Below are positions 59,401-64,000 of a DNA stretch of 64,000 bases, one piece after another. The notes beneath the pieces are model-generated. The model searched no databases and was not told the DNA's origin. It saw only the letters and a program-made list of their open reading frames with translations. The DNA is from Thermomicrobiales bacterium (GTDB taxonomy: Bacteria > Chloroflexota > Chloroflexia > Thermomicrobiales > UBA6265), in contig JBHOQQ010000088.1 of NCBI GenBank assembly GCA_042408955.1, positions 650 to 64,649 on the forward strand, given 5' to 3'. The first letter of the stretch is position 1, and each line of letters opens with the position of its first letter. The position numbers were made by a program, and so were the translations under genes.

Positions 59401-62280
59401 GTGATTGCTTCCTCCGTGACACGGCCCGCAGTTGGCTCGCTCGTCTCCGTTCGTAAACGCGATTGGGTCGTCCTGCCGGCCGATGAGCCCGATGTCGTCC
59501 GCCTCCGGCCGCTGACCGGACTCGCGGACGATGCCATCGGCATTTTGCTCCCGTTGGAGCGTGTTGAGCCGAGCCAGTTCCCGAAGCCGGACCCGGCGAC
59601 CGCGTGGGACACGCAGGGTGGCCTGCTGCTGCTGGATGCCGTCCGCCTTGCTCTGCGCGATGGCGCCGCTCCGTTCCGCTCCCTCGGCCGCCTGTCCTTT
59701 ACGCCGCGCCCGTACCAGTTCGTCCCCTTGATCATGGCGCTGCGCCAGGACCCGGTGCGCCTGCTCATCGCCGACGATGTGGGCGTCGGCAAAACGATCG
59801 AGGCCGGCATGATCGCTCGTGAGCTCCTCGACCGTGGCCTCGCGCACCGCCTTGCCGTCATCTGCCCGGCGCACCTCTGCGAGCAGTGGGAAGCTGAGCT
59901 AGCCGAAAAGTTTGGCATTCAGGCTGCCGTCATTCAATCTGCCCGCTTTGCCCGCCTGGAGCGCGAGCTGCCGCGTCCCGATCTGAGCGTCTTCTCGTAT
60001 TACCGGCACCTCATCGCCAGCATCGACTACGTCAAGTCCGGCGCACACCGGGGGCCCTTCCTCGACAACGCGCCCGACCTTGTCATCGTCGACGAGGCGC
60101 ACATGGCGGCCCGTCCCCGCGGTCAGGCCGGCAACGTGCAGCACCAGCGCTACGAGTTCCTGCGCGACCTCGCTGCCAATCCGCGGCGGCATATCCTTCT
60201 CGTGACTGCCACACCACACAGTGGCATCGAGGAGAGCTTCCGCTCGCTCCTTGGCCTGCTGGATCGGCGCTTCGACATCACCGGCCCTGACGACCCAGCA
60301 GACTTCCCGCGTGAGGCGCTCCTGCCGCATCTTGTCCAACGCCAGCGGAAGGACTTGGAGCGCTGGCTCGGCAATGAGACCCCATTCCCTCGGCGTGAAT
60401 CTCAGGAGCGCCCTTATCCGCTATCCCGCGCCTACCACGCGCTTTTCGACGACGTCCTCGCCTACTGCCGGGAATCGGTTCGCTCCGGCGGCGGGCTCGG
60501 TTCGCAGCAACAGCGAGTCCGCCACTGGGCGGCCATCGCTCTCCTCCGCTGCGTCCTCTCCAGTCCGCGCGCGGCGGTCTCGGTCCTCGCCGAACGAGCG
60601 AAGAAGCAGGGGCTGACCGAGGCCGAGCAGGCCCCGCCGGATGACGAGATCGACGCGATCTACCGGCCGCAAGTCCTCGATCCGATTGACGAGGAAGCAG
60701 TTGGCGATTACGTCCCGGCCGCGCCCATCGAAGACGCCGAGATCCTGCTCGCCGATTCGGAGCGCCGCCGCCTGTCCAGCTTCCTCAAGCGCGCTCGCGA
60801 GCTCGAAGGCCCATCCCACGACGCGAAGCTCGCCGAGCTCGGCACCGCCGTTGCCGAGCTGTTGCGCGACGGCTACCGACCGATCGTCTTCTGCCGCTAC
60901 ATCGCCACTGCCGACTATCTGGCAGCGTGGCTGCCGAAGGTGGTGAACACGGATGCGCCGAACCTCCGCGTGGTCGCCGTCACCGGCGAGATCGGGGACG
61001 AGGAGCGGCGCGCGAAGATCGACGAGCTCGTTGCCGAGACCGGCCCGCGCGTCCTCGTCGCCACCGACTGCCTGTCGGAAGGGATCAATCTCCAAGAGCA
61101 CTTCGACGCCGTTGTTCACTACGACCTGCCCTGGAATCCGAACCGCATCGAGCAGCGCGAGGGGCGCGTCGACCGCTTCGGGCAGACCAAGCCGGTCATT
61201 AGGACGATGCTCCTGTACGGCTCAGACAACCCGGTTGACCGCGTCGTCTTGGACGTTCTGATCCGGAAGGCGAGGACGATCCGGGACCGGCTGGGGGTCT
61301 CCATCCCCGTGCCGGGCGAGACCGAGCTCATCGTCCAGAGCGTTGTCGAGAGCGTGCTCCTGCAGGGCTCGGCAGCGGCGATGCCGGCCCGGTCGGGCGT
61401 GCAGCTCACCCTCGGCTTGACCGGCCCTGAAGTCAGCCGGCTCCACGCCGCCTGGGAGGCCGCGGCAGACAAAGAGCGAGCGAGCCGCGCGTTCTTCGCG
61501 CAGCGCGGCATCAAACCGGACGAGGTGGCCCGGGAGCTGGAAGCCGCCGACCCCGTCCTTGGCGATGCCGACTCCGTCCGCCGCTTCCTTGCGGGTGCGC
61601 TGCAACGCTTCGGCGGCGAGCTGCGTCCCACCACGCGCGAGGGCGTCTTTGAGCTGTTCCCCGGGCAGCTTGCTTCAACGCTTGAGGATCGCGGCTTCTC
61701 CGGCTCCCCCCTGCGCGTCACCTTCGACCGGCGCCACGATCCAACCGCGATCGCCCTCGGCCGCACCCACCCAATCGTCGCCGCCGTCTGCGACGCGGTG
61801 ATCGGCCGCGCCATGACTCCCGGCGGTGACCGCGCCTTCGCCCGGTGCGGCGCCACCTTCACCACCGCCGTCACCCGCCGGACGGCCGTCCTCCTCCTGC
61901 GCTTGCGCTATCTCCTCAAGGAGCAGGAGACCGACCAATTCGCCGAGGAGATTGTGCTCGCCGCCTTCGAGCCGCGCGAGGGCCGCCCGGCGTGGCTGGA
62001 ACCACTCGACTCCGCGGCCCGCGACCTCCTCGCTCGCTCCCGCCCGCTCGTCAACGCGAGCCAGAAAGAGCGCGCCGAGCAGGTAGCCTGGGCGCTCTCG
62101 TTCCTCGACCGCGATCCGGCGTGGTTCCGGCCGATCGTCACCTGGCGCGAGGCGCAGCTTCAGGAGTCGCACGCCCGGTTGCGCAAGCTCGCCAAGGCGC
62201 CGCGGCTCCAGGTCCGGCCACATGAGCCACCCGACATCCTCGGCTGCTATGTCCTCGTCCCCGCTGGAGGAACCCGCTGA
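59401..62280 (+). CDS. SNF2-family helicase (DISARM DrmD-like)
   Basis: PYQ, LLIADDVGVGKTIEAG, DEAH, TATPHSG, ATD-LSEGINLQ, YDLPWNPNR-EQR-GRVDR-GQ. Confidence 0.88.
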   Translation: MIASSVTRPAVGSLVSVRKRDWVVLPADEPDVVRLRPLTGLADDAIGILLPLERVEPSQFPKPDPATAWDTQGGLLLLDAVRLALRDGAAPFRSLGRLSFTPRPYQFVPLIMALRQDPVRLLIADDVGVGKTIEAGMIARELLDRGLAHRLAVICPAHLCEQWEAELAEKFGIQAAVIQSARFARLERELPRPDLSVFSYYRHLIASIDYVKSGAHRGPFLDNAPDLVIVDEAHMAARPRGQAGNVQHQRYEFLRDLAANPRRHILLVTATPHSGIEESFRSLLGLLDRRFDITGPDDPADFPREALLPHLVQRQRKDLERWLGNETPFPRRESQERPYPLSRAYHALFDDVLAYCRESVRSGGGLGSQQQRVRHWAAIALLRCVLSSPRAAVSVLAERAKKQGLTEAEQAPPDDEIDAIYRPQVLDPIDEEAVGDYVPAAPIEDAEILLADSERRRLSSFLKRARELEGPSHDAKLAELGTAVAELLRDGYRPIVFCRYIATADYLAAWLPKVVNTDAPNLRVVAVTGEIGDEERRAKIDELVAETGPRVLVATDCLSEGINLQEHFDAVVHYDLPWNPNRIEQREGRVDRFGQTKPVIRTMLLYGSDNPVDRVVLDVLIRKARTIRDRLGVSIPVPGETELIVQSVVESVLLQGSAAAMPARSGVQLTLGLTGPEVSRLHAAWEAAADKERASRAFFAQRGIKPDEVARELEAADPVLGDADSVRRFLAGALQRFGGELRPTTREGVFELFPGQLASTLEDRGFSGSPLRVTFDRRHDPTAIALGRTHPIVAAVCDAVIGRAMTPGGDRAFARCGATFTTAVTRRTAVLLLRLRYLLKEQETDQFAEEIVLAAFEPREGRPAWLEPLDSAARDLLARSRPLVNASQKERAEQVAWALSFLDRDPAWFRPIVTWREAQLQESHARLRKLAKAPRLQVRPHEPPDILGCYVLVPAGGTR

Positions 62281-64000
62281 TGGTCTACACGGCGATCACC
62301 ATTGAAGGAGGGCTTTTCCCCTCCGACCTCCTCGACCGCGTCGCCACCGGCGAGGGGCCGGGCCAGGCGCCGAAGGACTTCGGCCTCGACAGCGGCCGCC
62401 TCAGCGACGAGATCCAATCCGCCTTCTCCGACATCCACGCCTATTGGGACGCCTTCCAGCGGCGTCTCGCTCACTCCAGGGAGAGCGCGACGACGATCAC
62501 GCGCGAGAGCTGGGTCACCCCCCTGCTGGAACGCCTCGGCTTTACGCTGGAGTACCAGCGCGCGGGCGCGGTGATCGGCGGGGAGGTCTTCCCGATCTCG
62601 CACCGCGCCGGCGACGACCCGGGCGCACCACCGGTTCACATCGTCGCCATCGGCCAGTCGCTCGACCGAAAGGAAGGCGCCCGCCGCTCGCCGCACGCCC
62701 TCGTCCAGGAGTACCTCAACCGCTCCGATGCGCTCTGGGGCATCGTCACGAACGGCGAGCGGCTGCGCCTGCTGCGCGACTCCGCCCGTCTCTCCCGCCC
62801 GACCTACCTGGAGTTCGACCTGCGGGGGATGATCGAGGGGAATCTCTACAGCGAGTTCGTCCTGTTTTACCGCCTGCTCCACCGCACCCGCTTCCCGCAG
62901 GGCGCCGCCGATGCACAGGCCTGCGTGCTGGAACGCCTCTACCAGGCGGGGATCGACGCCGGCGGCCGCGTCCGCGAGAAGCTGCGCGAAGGCGTTGAGC
63001 AAGCCCTTGAGATCCTTGGCCAGGCGTTTCTCAGCCACCCGGACAGTGCCGAGCTGCGGGAGGCGATCGCCAGCGGCCGGCTTGATGCGGCTGGCTACTA
63101 CCGCCAGCTCCTCCGCCTCATTTACCGCCTCCTCTTCCTCTTCGTCGCCGAGGAGCGCCGTCTCATCTTCCCGCCGGAGGACGCACCCTCCCCGCTCCCA
63201 GGGTTGGACGAGGGGCCAGGGGCGAGGGCCGGCATCTACTATCGCTATTACAGTGTCAGCCGTCTCCGCGAACGCTGCGAGCGGCCCTTTGCTGCCGACC
63301 GCTTCGCTGACCTCTGGCAGGGACTGCTGATGACCTTCCGCCTCTTCCGCGAGCATGACGCCGCCCGGCACCTCGGGATCGAACCCCTCGATGGCGAGCT
63401 TTTCGGCCCCGCTGCCTGTCGCGACCTGGAGGGCGCCGGCTGCGAGAATGCCGCTCTCCTGCGCGCCATCTTCCACCTCTCGACCTTTCTCGACGAGGGC
63501 GAAGAGGGAGCAGGGCACCGCCGTTCGCAGCGGACGAGCAAAGCCATCCGCCGCCGCGTCAACTACGCCGCGCTCGATGTGGAGGAGCTTGGCTCCGTCT
63601 ACGAGAGCCTCCTCGACCTGCAACCGGCCCTCACCCCCAGCTCCTTCCGCCTCGTTGCTGGCACCGAGCGCAAAACGACCGGTTCCTACTACACCCCGCC
63701 AGAGCTCGTGAACGAGCTGATTGAGTCTGCCCTCGTGCCAGTCATCGAGGAGCGGTTGCGCACGGCCAAAACGCCGGCGGAGCGGGAGTCGGCGCTGCTG
63801 AGCATCCGTGTCTGCGATCCTGCCTCGGGCTCTGGCCACTTCCTGCTGGCCGCCGCCCGCCGGCTCGGCCGGGAGCTGGCGAAGGTGCGCACCGGCGAGG
63901 CCGAGCCCGCGCCGGGCGCCTACCGCCATGCCGTGCGCGACGTCATCCGCCAGTGCGTCTACGCGGTGGATAAGAACCCCCTCGCCGTTGACCTGTGCAA
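62280..64000 (+). CDS. N6-adenine DNA methyltransferase, Eco57I/type IIG or DrmMI-like (3' partial; absent from the ORF track)
   Basis: TGATG overlap; MVYTAITIEGGLFP..., WGIVTNG--LRLLRD, EELGSVYESLL, ERKTTGSYYTP, DPASGSGHFL, YAVDKNPLAV. Confidence 0.88.
   Translation, partial: MVYTAITIEGGLFPSDLLDRVATGEGPGQAPKDFGLDSGRLSDEIQSAFSDIHAYWDAFQRRLAHSRESATTITRESWVTPLLERLGFTLEYQRAGAVIGGEVFPISHRAGDDPGAPPVHIVAIGQSLDRKEGARRSPHALVQEYLNRSDALWGIVTNGERLRLLRDSARLSRPTYLEFDLRGMIEGNLYSEFVLFYRLLHRTRFPQGAADAQACVLERLYQAGIDAGGRVREKLREGVEQALEILGQAFLSHPDSAELREAIASGRLDAAGYYRQLLRLIYRLLFLFVAEERRLIFPPEDAPSPLPGLDEGPGARAGIYYRYYSVSRLRERCERPFAADRFADLWQGLLMTFRLFREHDAARHLGIEPLDGELFGPAACRDLEGAGCENAALLRAIFHLSTFLDEGEEGAGHRRSQRTSKAIRRRVNYAALDVEELGSVYESLLDLQPALTPSSFRLVAGTERKTTGSYYTPPELVNELIESALVPVIEERLRTAKTPAERESALLSIRVCDPASGSGHFLLAAARRLGRELAKVRTGEAEPAPGAYRHAVRDVIRQCVYAVDKNPLAVDLC

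Noticed and set aside
62247-63929. 560-aa minus-strand ORF
   Set aside because: Antisense shadow of the plus-strand methyltransferase, which carries clear motifs.

Overview
High-GC bacterial chromosomal window; gene content and style suggest Chloroflexota/Thermomicrobia (inference only). From left to right it holds a partial multi-PAS hybrid histidine kinase, an FRG protein, a Zn-ADH, and a 7-gene group 4 [NiFe]-hydrogenase (hyfBCEFG-H-I-like) operon. Next come assorted metabolic genes, a Pnkp-like kinase-phosphatase with no ligase domain, and gltB divergent from a catalytically degenerate glutamine synthetase homolog plus a PucR regulator. A ~13.5 kb minus-strand block is led by two fluoride (crcB-type) riboswitches, each with a promoter and terminator. 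It contains a fused double-MutS ATPase, DUF190-CBS, a cation/H+ antiporter, USP, CBS, HEAT and MoxR/DUF58 genes, but no recognisable Fluc or CLC-F exporter. An ECF sigma/anti-sigma pair, a Zn-ribbon protein, fabD and fabF follow. The right end is an accessory island: a translationally coupled sigma-like/HTH-like/IrrE-metallopeptidase/NurA-like cassette, a decayed mobile-element gene, and a DISARM-like SNF2 helicase plus N6-adenine methyltransferase running off the window. The best candidates for undescribed biology are the sigma-HTH-IrrE-NurA cassette, the fluoride-riboswitch regulon, and the degenerate GS/PucR/gltB locus. All calls come from motif reading by eye; no searches were run.
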